Of a stretch of 64,000 bases of DNA, positions 8,728 through 18,085 are shown one piece after another. Made by a program: the position numbers and the translations under genes. Positions within the stretch are counted from its first letter, which is position 1. Each line of letters begins with the position of its first letter. The stretch is from a virus. Location of the stretch: positions 103,541 through 167,540 of IMG/VR virus record IMGVR_UViG_3300032242_000488, one strand, 5' to 3'. The notes below the pieces were generated by a model that saw only the letters and a program-made list of their open reading frames with translations, was not told the DNA's origin and did not search any database.

Positions 8728-9906
8728 ATGGCATATAGTACTGATCCAGTTATTGACAAAATTGTAGTAGCCCGAGTAGGCTTGCTATTACGTCATCCGT
8801 TTTTTGGCAATATGGCAACTCGCATGAAACTTATAGATGCGTCCGATTGGTTGCCTACTGCCGCTACTGACTTCCGTAACTTCTATTTTAACAGAGAGTT
8901 CTTTGAGAAAATGACTCCACGTCAAGTTGAGTTTGTAGTAGCACACGAAATCTTGCATTGTGTATTTGATCACATGATGCGTAACGAAGGTAGAGAAAAA
9001 CAGATTTGGAATATTGCCGCTGACTATTGTGTTAACGGTATTTTAAAACGTGACCGTATCGGTGACGATCCTCCTGTTAAATTCTTCTATGATCGCAAGT
9101 ATGACAACTGGTCAGCTGAACAGGTCTACGACGAAATCTACAACAAGTATGATGAAGAACAACTTAACCAGTTGGGTCAAATGTTGGATCATCATATGGA
9201 CCCAGAAGGCGGTAAGGATGGACAGCCACAGTACTCTAAAGAAGAACTGAAAAAGATACGTGACGAGATCAAAGAAGCAATGATCCAAAGTGCCAATGCC
9301 GCAGGTGCAGGTAATGTGCCCGGTGAGATTGCACGTATGATCAAAGACATGACCGAGCCTAAAATGGATTGGCGTGAAATGTTGCGTATGAACATTCAAA
9401 GCCTTGTTAAAAATGACTTTAGTTTTAGTCGTCCTAACCGCAAAGGTCAAATGACAGGTGCTGTATTACCAGGCTGTAACTTTGACACTAGCATTGACGT
9501 TTGCGTGGCACTTGACATGTCAGGTTCTATCAGTGATGAAATGGGTGCGGATTTCTTAGGTGAAGTCAAAGGTATCATGCAAGAGTTCAAAGACTTTAAC
9601 ATTAAGATCTGGTGTTTTGACACTAAGGTTTATAATGAACAAGACTATGACAGCTATAACGGCGACGAAATCGACGAGTACGAGATCATGGGCGGTGGCG
9701 GTACCGAATTTGACTGTAACTGGGATTACATGAAAGAGCATGATATCCGTCCTAAGAAGTTTATTATGTTTACAGACGGTTATCCTTGGAGCTCTTGGGG
9801 TGACGAAGACTACTGTGATACCATCTTTGTTATCCACGGTAATGACACTATTGTTCCTCCGTTTGGTAGCTATGCCTACTACGATATGGAAACTTCAACA
9901 GCCTAA
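8728..9906 (+). CDS. HEXXH metallopeptidase-like plus vWA domain protein (DUF2201-like), MoxR partner
   Basis: AHEILH, WNIAADY, MIDAS DMSGS, GGGGTEF and FTDG motifs. Confidence 0.85.
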   Translation: MAYSTDPVIDKIVVARVGLLLRHPFFGNMATRMKLIDASDWLPTAATDFRNFYFNREFFEKMTPRQVEFVVAHEILHCVFDHMMRNEGREKQIWNIAADYCVNGILKRDRIGDDPPVKFFYDRKYDNWSAEQVYDEIYNKYDEEQLNQLGQMLDHHMDPEGGKDGQPQYSKEELKKIRDEIKEAMIQSANAAGAGNVPGEIARMIKDMTEPKMDWREMLRMNIQSLVKNDFSFSRPNRKGQMTGAVLPGCNFDTSIDVCVALDMSGSISDEMGADFLGEVKGIMQEFKDFNIKIWCFDTKVYNEQDYDSYNGDEIDEYEIMGGGGTEFDCNWDYMKEHDIRPKKFIMFTDGYPWSSWGDEDYCDTIFVIHGNDTIVPPFGSYAYYDMETSTA

Positions 9907-10190
9907 TGTTATCTTTAGATAAGATTAATCCCCTTAATGTATTAGGGTGCAGGGAGGTGAGTGATCCGCCTCCCCATTTCCATTATCTTCAATTAAACCT
10001 TAAATATAATATCGTAGAATCTGTTAGACAATGGATATACGAAAATCTGCGTAGCAGATTCTATCTAGGCGAGTGCCTACAACTTACTGATAATCAATTT
10101 ACAATACAGATTAAAATTGGATTTGAAGAGCCAAAAGAAGCCAGTTTCTTTTTGCTTGCTTGTCCACTTTTAAAGTATGTAAATCATTAA
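9906..10190 (+). CDS. Hypothetical protein
   Basis: 94 aa ORF with TAATG coupling. Confidence 0.7.
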   Translation: MLSLDKINPLNVLGCREVSDPPPHFHYLQLNLKYNIVESVRQWIYENLRSRFYLGECLQLTDNQFTIQIKIGFEEPKEASFFLLACPLLKYVNH

Positions 10191-10230
10191 AGTGATATAT
10201 AATAGTACTTACAACCAAAGGAGTAAAAAC

Positions 10231-10461
10231 ATGACTGAAACAACTACACAACCAGAAGCACAAACTACACCAGAAGCACCAGCATCTGTAGATTTAACTG
10301 TACAAGATCTAGCAGGTCTACGTTCAGTAATCGATGTAGCAAGTTCACGTGGCGCATTTAAAGCCGCTGAAATGGAAGCTGTTGGAAAAATCTTCAACAA
10401 GCTAAATGCATTCTTGGACCAAGTAGCTAAACAACAGCCTGCACCAGCAGAAGGACAATAA
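10231..10461 (+). CDS. Hypothetical protein
   Basis: AAGGAG SD favours the ATG at 10231. Confidence 0.8.
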   Translation: MTETTTQPEAQTTPEAPASVDLTVQDLAGLRSVIDVASSRGAFKAAEMEAVGKIFNKLNAFLDQVAKQQPAPAEGQ

Positions 10462-10465
10462 TCTA

Positions 10466-11080
10466 ATGGCCGATATCAAACACATTGGAAGGTTCAAGTC
10501 AAACGGACGTAAATGTCTGATTGCCTATAGAACACTGCCCGGTGAAAGTGATTCTGCATTAGTTATTCAAACTGAAAATTTAACTGACGAAAACCATGAC
10601 TCTCTAATGAAATTAGTTGAGTCACAAGGTGCTCAATCCAGTTATGAATTTGCAGAAGTCCTAGCACGAACAAGATTCCAAGACGGTAGTATTATGCTAT
10701 CTAATTTGCATAGTAACAAAAAATTACTTAAGGTAAAAACTAGCGAGATTGAAGTAGTTCCAAACATGAAAGCTGTTATTAGTTTAGATCAACTAAACCA
10801 ATTAATTGCTGAACAGCGTGGAATTAGTGTCAATGACCTAGCGTTAGGTAATCAAACTTCTGTACAAGATGTTGCTAAAGTAAATGATCTAACAGTTCAA
10901 GAAGAAACTGTTCCACAAAAAGCATTTGAAACTAAACAATTAGATCAACCACTTACTGATACAGACCTTGCAAAGAAATATCGTTCCGATGCAGATCGCC
11001 TTAGCAAGGAAGCCGCTCAACTTCGTAGGATGGCCGAAGAGCTAGTTCCAACAAAGAAGAAAGCTGCCGTTGACGAGTGA
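10466..11080 (+). CDS. Hypothetical protein with a C-terminal coiled coil
   Basis: 204 aa ORF. Confidence 0.8.
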   Translation: MADIKHIGRFKSNGRKCLIAYRTLPGESDSALVIQTENLTDENHDSLMKLVESQGAQSSYEFAEVLARTRFQDGSIMLSNLHSNKKLLKVKTSEIEVVPNMKAVISLDQLNQLIAEQRGISVNDLALGNQTSVQDVAKVNDLTVQEETVPQKAFETKQLDQPLTDTDLAKKYRSDADRLSKEAAQLRRMAEELVPTKKKAAVDE

Positions 11081-11397
11081 CAAAAAAGTCTTTGCCCAAA
11101 GACGTCGTTGAGTCGTGGCCAGAGATTTTTAGTGATATAGATGTTCGTGCAATACCGTTGGAGTATCTTGATTCTATACGAATCATTTTTGAAAACGGTA
11201 AAGTATGGGATATAGACATTGCCAAATATGCTAAACACTCCGGTGAGGATGACTTAGAAGGTCATCTTAAAGAACTTCTCAACAATTACGAAGAGTCTAT
11301 ACAACACATAGACTTTCGCTTGGATGTCGCTAAAGTTAAGAAAGATGTAATAAAACAAACTAAGAGTTTTCTTAAAAAACCGAAAAGAGAAAAATGA
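11077..11397 (+). CDS. Hypothetical protein
   Basis: 106 aa ORF with GTGA overlap. Confidence 0.7.
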   Translation: MTKKSLPKDVVESWPEIFSDIDVRAIPLEYLDSIRIIFENGKVWDIDIAKYAKHSGEDDLEGHLKELLNNYEESIQHIDFRLDVAKVKKDVIKQTKSFLKKPKREK

Positions 11398-11930
11398 TAG
11401 CAGGAATGTTTGCAGTAGATAGTGTTGGGGGAATGGGATGGAAAGGTTCTATGCCTTGGCCCAATAACCCTGACGATATGAAATGGTTTAAGGCCACTAC
11501 ACAAAATCAAATTGTTGTCATGGGTAAAAAAACTTGGGAAAGTCCCGATATGCCTAGTCCGCTGCCAGGAAGACACAACGTAGTTTTTACCAATAACTTT
11601 TTTGATCAAGACGACATAGAACAGATCAAGGGCGATGTATGTGAAGCACTGATCAGTTTAAAAAGTCACAATAAAAGAAAAAATATATTTGTTATAGGTG
11701 GTCCTAACTTGCTTATGCAAAGTAGACCAGTGCTAGAACGTGTTTATCTTACTCGCATATCAGGCGGTTATCTAAATGATACTAGCATCGATATAGTAGA
11801 TTTTTTAGACGGAATGGTATTACATCAAACTGTCAATCTCGGATCTTGTATAGTAGAAGAATATCACAATGAAGCAATATCATCAAGCGTTAAAGCATAT
11901 ACTAACAAACGGAAAAAACAAGACCGATAG
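11394..11930 (+). CDS. frd: Dihydrofolate reductase
   Basis: GMGWKGSMPW, DMKWFK, VVMGKKTWES, PLPGRHNVV and FVIGG motifs. Confidence 0.9.
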   Translation: MIAGMFAVDSVGGMGWKGSMPWPNNPDDMKWFKATTQNQIVVMGKKTWESPDMPSPLPGRHNVVFTNNFFDQDDIEQIKGDVCEALISLKSHNKRKNIFVIGGPNLLMQSRPVLERVYLTRISGGYLNDTSIDIVDFLDGMVLHQTVNLGSCIVEEYHNEAISSSVKAYTNKRKKQDR

Positions 11931-12696
11931 AACGGGGGTAGGAACCCGTAGCGTATTTGGTTATCAAATGCGTTTTAATCTGCAAGAAGGTTTTCCAGCT
12001 ACAACTACTAAGAAGCTCGCCTGGCGAGCGGTTGTAAGCGAACTCCTCTGGTTCTTAGAGGGTAGTAGCGATGAACGCCGGCTTGCGGAGATCCTACATG
12101 GTACTAGAGATCTTTCTAAGAATACCATCTGGACTGCTAATGCCCAAGCACCTTACTGGCAAGACCGAGCACAATTTCCAGGAGACTTAGGTCGAGTCTA
12201 CGGAGTCCAATGGCGAGACTTTGGTGGAGTTGATCAAATAACTAAACTTATTGCCGATTTAAAAACAAATCCAGATAGTCGTAGACATATTATCAGTGCT
12301 TGGAATCCTCCTGAACTAGATCAAATGGCATTGCCTCCGTGTCATGTTATGGCACAGTTTGATGTCACAGATGGTTATCTAAGCTGTCAGCTATATCAAC
12401 GTAGCTGTGATATGTTTCTAGGTGTACCTTTTAACATTGCCAGCTATAGTTTGCTTACTCATATACTAGCTCGCGAGTGCGGTTTTAAGGTAGGAGATTT
12501 TGTTTGGACTGGCGGTGATTGCCATATCTATAATAATCACTTTGATGCTGTAGAAGAACAGTTATCTAGAGAACCTAAGACATTGCCCACCCTCATGTTT
12601 ACAGAAGGCAAAAAAATCGCCGACTATACTGTCGACGATTTCATATTAGATAACTACAATCCGGATCCAGCTATTAAAGCTGAAATGGCTGTTTAA
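11869..12696 (+). CDS. thyA: Thymidylate synthase (ThyA type)
   Basis: DRTGVGT, ELLWFL, ALPPCH, YQRSCDMFLGVPFNIASY and HIYNNH motifs. Confidence 0.97.
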   Translation: MKQYHQALKHILTNGKNKTDRTGVGTRSVFGYQMRFNLQEGFPATTTKKLAWRAVVSELLWFLEGSSDERRLAEILHGTRDLSKNTIWTANAQAPYWQDRAQFPGDLGRVYGVQWRDFGGVDQITKLIADLKTNPDSRRHIISAWNPPELDQMALPPCHVMAQFDVTDGYLSCQLYQRSCDMFLGVPFNIASYSLLTHILARECGFKVGDFVWTGGDCHIYNNHFDAVEEQLSREPKTLPTLMFTEGKKIADYTVDDFILDNYNPDPAIKAEMAV

Positions 12697-15600
12697 CGTA
12701 TAAATGCTTCGATTACTTTAACTCCAGTATCATCACTAGATTCTAAAGCAACAGCAAATACATCATTAGCATGTGGTACAGCGGCTACAGCACAACCATT
12801 ATTGGCAGCTACTAGTCGTTGACCTTTGCGTACAGACCCAATTACTTTAACCGGAACTCTTCCTTTTAGTGCAACAGCTACACCGCCTTCTAAGTCTTTA
12901 TTCATTAGATAAGCTGGCTTATCACTAACTACACCAATTGCTAGATCACCATAGCTACTAGCAGTAACTTCTTTTTCGCCACCAATAGTTAATACAGTTC
13001 CAATTTCGTAGTCTGCATCTGGTAGATATTTTTCTGCTAAGTCAGCAAAGTATGCTTCGTTAGCAATACCAATGAATCTGTCAGCGGTAATTTGATTTGC
13101 GCTAAAGTTACCATCATTATCTCTAGCTACAATACTAGCTCCAGTATTACTAGAACTAGCATTAACACCAATTTTAACATTGTCACCGGCACCCGGAACA
13201 TAAGGAAGAACACCTTCATTTAATGTTATAAAATTACCAGCAGTTAATTGACTTACATAATTTAAACTAGATAATGTGCTACCACTTAATTGGAAATCAT
13301 CTGCAAATGAGGCATTAATTGTAATAGCACCAGTACCGTCAAAATTAGCTGTACCTTTTAAAATACCGCCTAATCCTATAGCTCTAGCCTGTTGTAGTTT
13401 ATCAGCAGATGCTGCCTTACCTGTAAAGTAAGCACTAGTTCCACTACCTGTTCCTTGACTTAGTACTACAGTACCGTTTGGAGATAATACATCGCCATTT
13501 AGTCGAGCAATTACAGTACCATATCCGTTAGTACCGTCACCAAGTGTAAGTTTGTTTTGATTAGTATCGTATGAAAATGTTGTTTGGTCTGCATAGATAC
13601 TTCTTGGTTGGCTACCAGTTCCTGGTAATCCTCCAGATACAAATACTGGATAGAATGTGCCAATGTCTGTTGGTTTATCAGCTACTAGAATTTGATTTGC
13701 ACTACCTACACTAACTTCTGATACATTTTTCCATGCTGGAATTGTACCTGTACTAGAAAGTACATACCCAGCCGCACCAATTGATAGATAACTAGTAGTA
13801 TCTGGGGCTGTTTGATATGGCATATCACCAATTATGCCAGCTGATAAATTTTTAGCTTTAGTTGCAGTTGCGGCATTACCACCTAATCCGTCCCCTGGAT
13901 CAGTTGCTGTAATAGTTATAGGGGCCGCACCAGAAACAGATTGACTTGAGAAATTAATTGTTAATGTTGTTTGACCTAATGCAGGTACATCGGCAGCAAC
14001 ATTAGTAATTCTTACAGTGCCTGTAATAGCTGTACCTGTTACAGTAGCATTTGATCTCCAAGTATCTCCAAGTCCGGCAAAACTCCAAGGTTGTAAATCA
14101 GCGCCAGACCCAGTGAACGTGTCAACTAATACAGTAATTGTTAATGCAATGTTATCGATAGCAGTGATTTTTCCTGCCATAGATATTGTTGGATTATTAA
14201 TTGAAGTTACTTTAATTCTAGTGTTTAATTGATAACCTGTTACTTTATTAATTGTCCAAGTTTTGCTACCTGTACCAACTGTAGTTGCAGTCACTGAGCT
14301 AATATCAGTATAACCTGCTCCAGAAGGAATATTACTTCCTGTAGTTAATGAATTTTGTACAACAATCGTAGTCGATGTTGCCGCGCCACTTGTTCCTACT
14401 AGGCTAGCACCACTTGATGTAACTGTAATTGGAGCCGCTGTAGGCGCAATATTAATATTCCAAGTTGAGTTAGTTGTTGCTCCAACACCGTCTGTTCTTG
14501 GAACTTTAAGGTTAGCTCTTGCTTGTGTATCTGTACTAGCATTTGTACCGCCTGCGGAAATTCCTAAAATGCCGCCTACGCCAAACTTGCTGTCTACATA
14601 GACTTTTGTTGCGGCATGCAAATCGCTTGTAGGTGCGCCGCTTAGTGTTAAGAATCCAGTTAGTGTTCCGCCTATAAGTGGTAATTTTGAATCATCAACA
14701 ACAGAAATATTTGCGCTACCATCAAACGGTATACCATTAATATTACGAGGAGTTTTTAAAACTATTGCATTGTCAGCAGTACCGTTAAATGTAGTTGCTG
14801 AAATTGTACTTGTGCCGTCATTATTTCTTTTACGAGCAACTAGTGTATCTCCGCTATTTGTTGCATTGAAACTTGCTTGTAGATATGAAGTGCCAACTTT
14901 TAATGCATTTGCTTGAGCCGCAGTACCGTCAAATGTTGTAGCATATACGGTGGCCCACTTTGCACTTGTACTACCTAGATTAAATCCAGAGCCTGTTGCA
15001 TCTGGTCGTACACCGTATTGATCAATGACTAACGGAAATACGGGAGTTGTATTTTGTTTAACTGAGAATGTAATACGTTGCCCGCCTAGTCTGGCAGCAA
15101 TCAATGGCTGATTAGCTACAACTGTTAACGATAGGTCATCATTTGCGCCCAATGTTACACCTTCATCAACGCTGACTTTTACCTGATATGGCAATGTTAA
15201 TAAATTGTTTACTGGACTTAGGTATTCAGAAGGTAGTTTACCACCAAATCTTAATGCATTTGATGCTGTTCCCCAAACTCTATAAGTACCACCGCCATTT
15301 GTTCCGCTAATACCAACAGCATCAACATTAGGAAAAGTAATACCACGTTTAATTTGTTTAGAAGAAGGATCTGTAAAACCTGTAATAGTACTATCTGGGT
15401 CTGCAATGTTCAGTACAAATTCATCTTCAGATATGATAAAGTTGACTGCTCCGTTAACAGTTGCGGCAATAATTCCATGAGGTGTGCCGTTTGCATCAAC
15501 AACGTTACGGCTAACCATCTGTGTAATACCAGTACCTGCATTTTGTGGACCAACAGTTAGCCAATCTTCTGTTACGCCGCCAATTCTAACTTTTAACTGA

Positions 15601-15950
15601 TCTTTAACAGAGTCAAACCATAAATCTCCTGGTGTTGGAAATGGTGGCTCTGTTGCGCTGTATTCTGCGCCAGTTAGTGTTTTCCAAACTTTTGCACTGG
15701 TATATGTATCACCGGTGTGTACTTTTAATTTTTTGTTAGTTGTATCGTACCAGATTTGTCCAGAAATTGCATTCGGGGGTGAAATTTCTCTTGCAAAATT
15801 TTCAAGCAAATGCACAAATGTTTCGTTTTGAATCTCTCCGTAGCCGGCATAATTTTTACCAACTAGCTGAATATCTAGCGTTTGGTCTACAGTACCGTCT
15901 TGTACTGTAGCTTGTACCGCCCCATTCCATCTGTTTATTGTATATGACAT
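12693..15950 (-). CDS. Tail fibre-like protein with a C-terminal intramolecular chaperone (peptidase G2-like) domain
   Basis: Shared fibre N-terminus (GKNYAGYG..HLLENFA..GQIWYD); Gly/Thr-rich beta body; ADLAEKY...ALKGRVPVKV C-terminus. Confidence 0.8.
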   Translation of the reverse strand: MSYTINRWNGAVQATVQDGTVDQTLDIQLVGKNYAGYGEIQNETFVHLLENFAREISPPNAISGQIWYDTTNKKLKVHTGDTYTSAKVWKTLTGAEYSATEPPFPTPGDLWFDSVKDQLKVRIGGVTEDWLTVGPQNAGTGITQMVSRNVVDANGTPHGIIAATVNGAVNFIISEDEFVLNIADPDSTITGFTDPSSKQIKRGITFPNVDAVGISGTNGGGTYRVWGTASNALRFGGKLPSEYLSPVNNLLTLPYQVKVSVDEGVTLGANDDLSLTVVANQPLIAARLGGQRITFSVKQNTTPVFPLVIDQYGVRPDATGSGFNLGSTSAKWATVYATTFDGTAAQANALKVGTSYLQASFNATNSGDTLVARKRNNDGTSTISATTFNGTADNAIVLKTPRNINGIPFDGSANISVVDDSKLPLIGGTLTGFLTLSGAPTSDLHAATKVYVDSKFGVGGILGISAGGTNASTDTQARANLKVPRTDGVGATTNSTWNINIAPTAAPITVTSSGASLVGTSGAATSTTIVVQNSLTTGSNIPSGAGYTDISSVTATTVGTGSKTWTINKVTGYQLNTRIKVTSINNPTISMAGKITAIDNIALTITVLVDTFTGSGADLQPWSFAGLGDTWRSNATVTGTAITGTVRITNVAADVPALGQTTLTINFSSQSVSGAAPITITATDPGDGLGGNAATATKAKNLSAGIIGDMPYQTAPDTTSYLSIGAAGYVLSSTGTIPAWKNVSEVSVGSANQILVADKPTDIGTFYPVFVSGGLPGTGSQPRSIYADQTTFSYDTNQNKLTLGDGTNGYGTVIARLNGDVLSPNGTVVLSQGTGSGTSAYFTGKAASADKLQQARAIGLGGILKGTANFDGTGAITINASFADDFQLSGSTLSSLNYVSQLTAGNFITLNEGVLPYVPGAGDNVKIGVNASSSNTGASIVARDNDGNFSANQITADRFIGIANEAYFADLAEKYLPDADYEIGTVLTIGGEKEVTASSYGDLAIGVVSDKPAYLMNKDLEGGVAVALKGRVPVKVIGSVRKGQRLVAANNGCAVAAVPHANDVFAVALESSDDTGVKVIEAFIR

Positions 15951-15979
15951 CTAGTAGCCCCTAAAACTAACGTTATTAT

Positions 15980-15986
15980 TATTTAT
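15980..15986 (-). promoter_or_regulatory. T4-type late promoter
   Basis: ATAAATA on the minus strand in the intergenic gap. Confidence 0.6.
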
Positions 15987-16000
15987 CGCTCTTTGTGCTT

Positions 16001-18085
16001 TTAAATTAATGCAAAAAGTTTCCAATTTGTACTGTTGCCCGAAGGATTTGTTTGTCCTGCGGCTACACTTGCAATGCAGATCCATTCTTTGTAGTCAAAT
16101 ATTACAAGATCATTAGTTGAATACGCTGTAGCATTGTCCCAATTGCCCATTGGAACATAGTCAGTAACATATTTCCATACTAGACTATTATCTGGTTGTT
16201 CTGTAACTACAAAACGCTTGTAAAATCTAGTGGTTACAATACTAGCACCAGGTGATGGAATTACTTGTGTTTCTATAATATCTTCTACTACTGAGAAGTT
16301 TTCATAGCTGCCTTCGCCTTTGTTCACTGTATTTTTACTAAATGCAATAGTTTCAGTACCAGTTAATTGTGTGCCTGTTTGTACTGGTTTGTACTGTATC
16401 GGGTTTACTACTATTGCTGAGTGTGTAGCATGGATTTTAGCAATAGTACCCTTAATTGCAATACCTTGTGGATTATTAACACCGTTGTATATTGATGCAG
16501 TATATGATAAAATTTCAATTATTTTTGCATTTGCCGCTTCGATCCCAGGTTGGGTTGTTATATCAAAGTCGCTAATGTCTAGTGTTAAGGCAATTGGTCG
16601 AACACTAACACGCTCGTCAACATATTTCTTGTTAGGTATTGCTGACGAGCTGCCAGTAATATAATCTAAATCTGCTGAATTAACAAATGTCTTACCACTA
16701 ATATCAATATTACTAGTAGCAGAAGATAAAATTAAATCGGTTGTTCTACTGGTAATAGTATTACCTGTAATATTTAAACCGCTAGTCATGTTTAATGTAG
16801 TTAAATTTCCTAGAGTTTGTAGATTAGAATTAACTACGGTGGATCCTAAAACAGTTGAAGATAGCACCGGATTAAAATTGATTCTGTATGTTTTGCCAGT
16901 TGCTAGGTTAAAATTTTCAGAGCTAGACCAACTTGCATAAGGTTGAGAATAGTTTAAAGTCTTGTCAGTAGTCCCGTGTAGAGTAATACCGCCGCCGTCT
17001 GCATCTGCATCGGTTACTATGCCAACTGGAACTTTGTTTAATTCAATATTTTTATCTTCTACTTGTAAAGTAGTTGTGTTAATTTTAAAACTATCACCCT
17101 GGATAATTAAACTTCCCGAAACTTTTAAGTCGCCGGTAATATCAACTGCGGTAGTTGGAGCCCTATTAAAAAATCCAATTCTTTGATTTATAGAATCAAT
17201 ATACATAGCAGTTTTTACACCGCCAACTGGTTGTTTAGTTTTTATTTCAATCGCTCTGCTTGACTCGTTATTTTCAATAACAAAATTACCGCCTTCTAAT
17301 TTTAAATAGGTGTCGCCCTGCGCGGCAGTTATAGTTCCAGGGTCGCCACCAAGTAATCTAACGCCATTTGTTGATTGAACAGTTAACGATCCAATGATTG
17401 TGCCATCTTGGTTGTTATACAGTATGTCGTCTGCTACTTTAGTTTCACCTAGTGCAGTAACTAATCCTTCTGCACGAGAAACTGTAACATTAAATTTACT
17501 ACCAATTAGGGTACCTACAGAAAATCCAACTCCAATATCTCCAGAAAATCCTTCAATTGATAAAGCTGGTGTAAATGCTGTATTACTGAATATGCCTAAC
17601 AAAACTCCGTTGACAAATAATTTGACAATTACTTTAAGTCTATTATTAGTATCAATAATATTGTCAACTACAAATCCTGAAGTCTTTTGCTGTGCTGTAA
17701 ATATTGGGCCTGCTAGTGTTAGGTCGACTCCATCATAAAACCATAATTGATTAGTTTCATTATTAATCCATAAATCGCCAGGAACTAGATTAAGTGGCCT
17801 AACCGAACTTACCAATGGTCCGCCGCTGGCTCTAAATGTATTACCGTCATAGACATTTAATCTACCTGTGCTAGTATTATACCATAGTTGACCTTTAATG
17901 GGATGCTCAGGTGCTGTACTGCTAGAAAAATTTTCTAGTAGCTTAATTAAATTCTCATTAAACACTTGACCAAAGTTGGTAACGTTTTTTCCTATTAGTG
18001 TAAGACTACTACTAGCGGTATCAAATTGACCGTCAGGAATATCTGCTAATAAATTACCGTCAGTTTTATTAATTTTATATGTCAT
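16001..18085 (-). CDS. Fibre/baseplate-attached protein with a C-terminal CBM5/12-like module
   Basis: Start MTYKINK at 18085 is coupled to the upstream stop; paralogous N-terminus; C-terminal WDNATAYSTNDLV..W..W. Confidence 0.75.
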   Translation of the reverse strand: MTYKINKTDGNLLADIPDGQFDTASSSLTLIGKNVTNFGQVFNENLIKLLENFSSSTAPEHPIKGQLWYNTSTGRLNVYDGNTFRASGGPLVSSVRPLNLVPGDLWINNETNQLWFYDGVDLTLAGPIFTAQQKTSGFVVDNIIDTNNRLKVIVKLFVNGVLLGIFSNTAFTPALSIEGFSGDIGVGFSVGTLIGSKFNVTVSRAEGLVTALGETKVADDILYNNQDGTIIGSLTVQSTNGVRLLGGDPGTITAAQGDTYLKLEGGNFVIENNESSRAIEIKTKQPVGGVKTAMYIDSINQRIGFFNRAPTTAVDITGDLKVSGSLIIQGDSFKINTTTLQVEDKNIELNKVPVGIVTDADADGGGITLHGTTDKTLNYSQPYASWSSSENFNLATGKTYRINFNPVLSSTVLGSTVVNSNLQTLGNLTTLNMTSGLNITGNTITSRTTDLILSSATSNIDISGKTFVNSADLDYITGSSSAIPNKKYVDERVSVRPIALTLDISDFDITTQPGIEAANAKIIEILSYTASIYNGVNNPQGIAIKGTIAKIHATHSAIVVNPIQYKPVQTGTQLTGTETIAFSKNTVNKGEGSYENFSVVEDIIETQVIPSPGASIVTTRFYKRFVVTEQPDNSLVWKYVTDYVPMGNWDNATAYSTNDLVIFDYKEWICIASVAAGQTNPSGNSTNWKLFALI

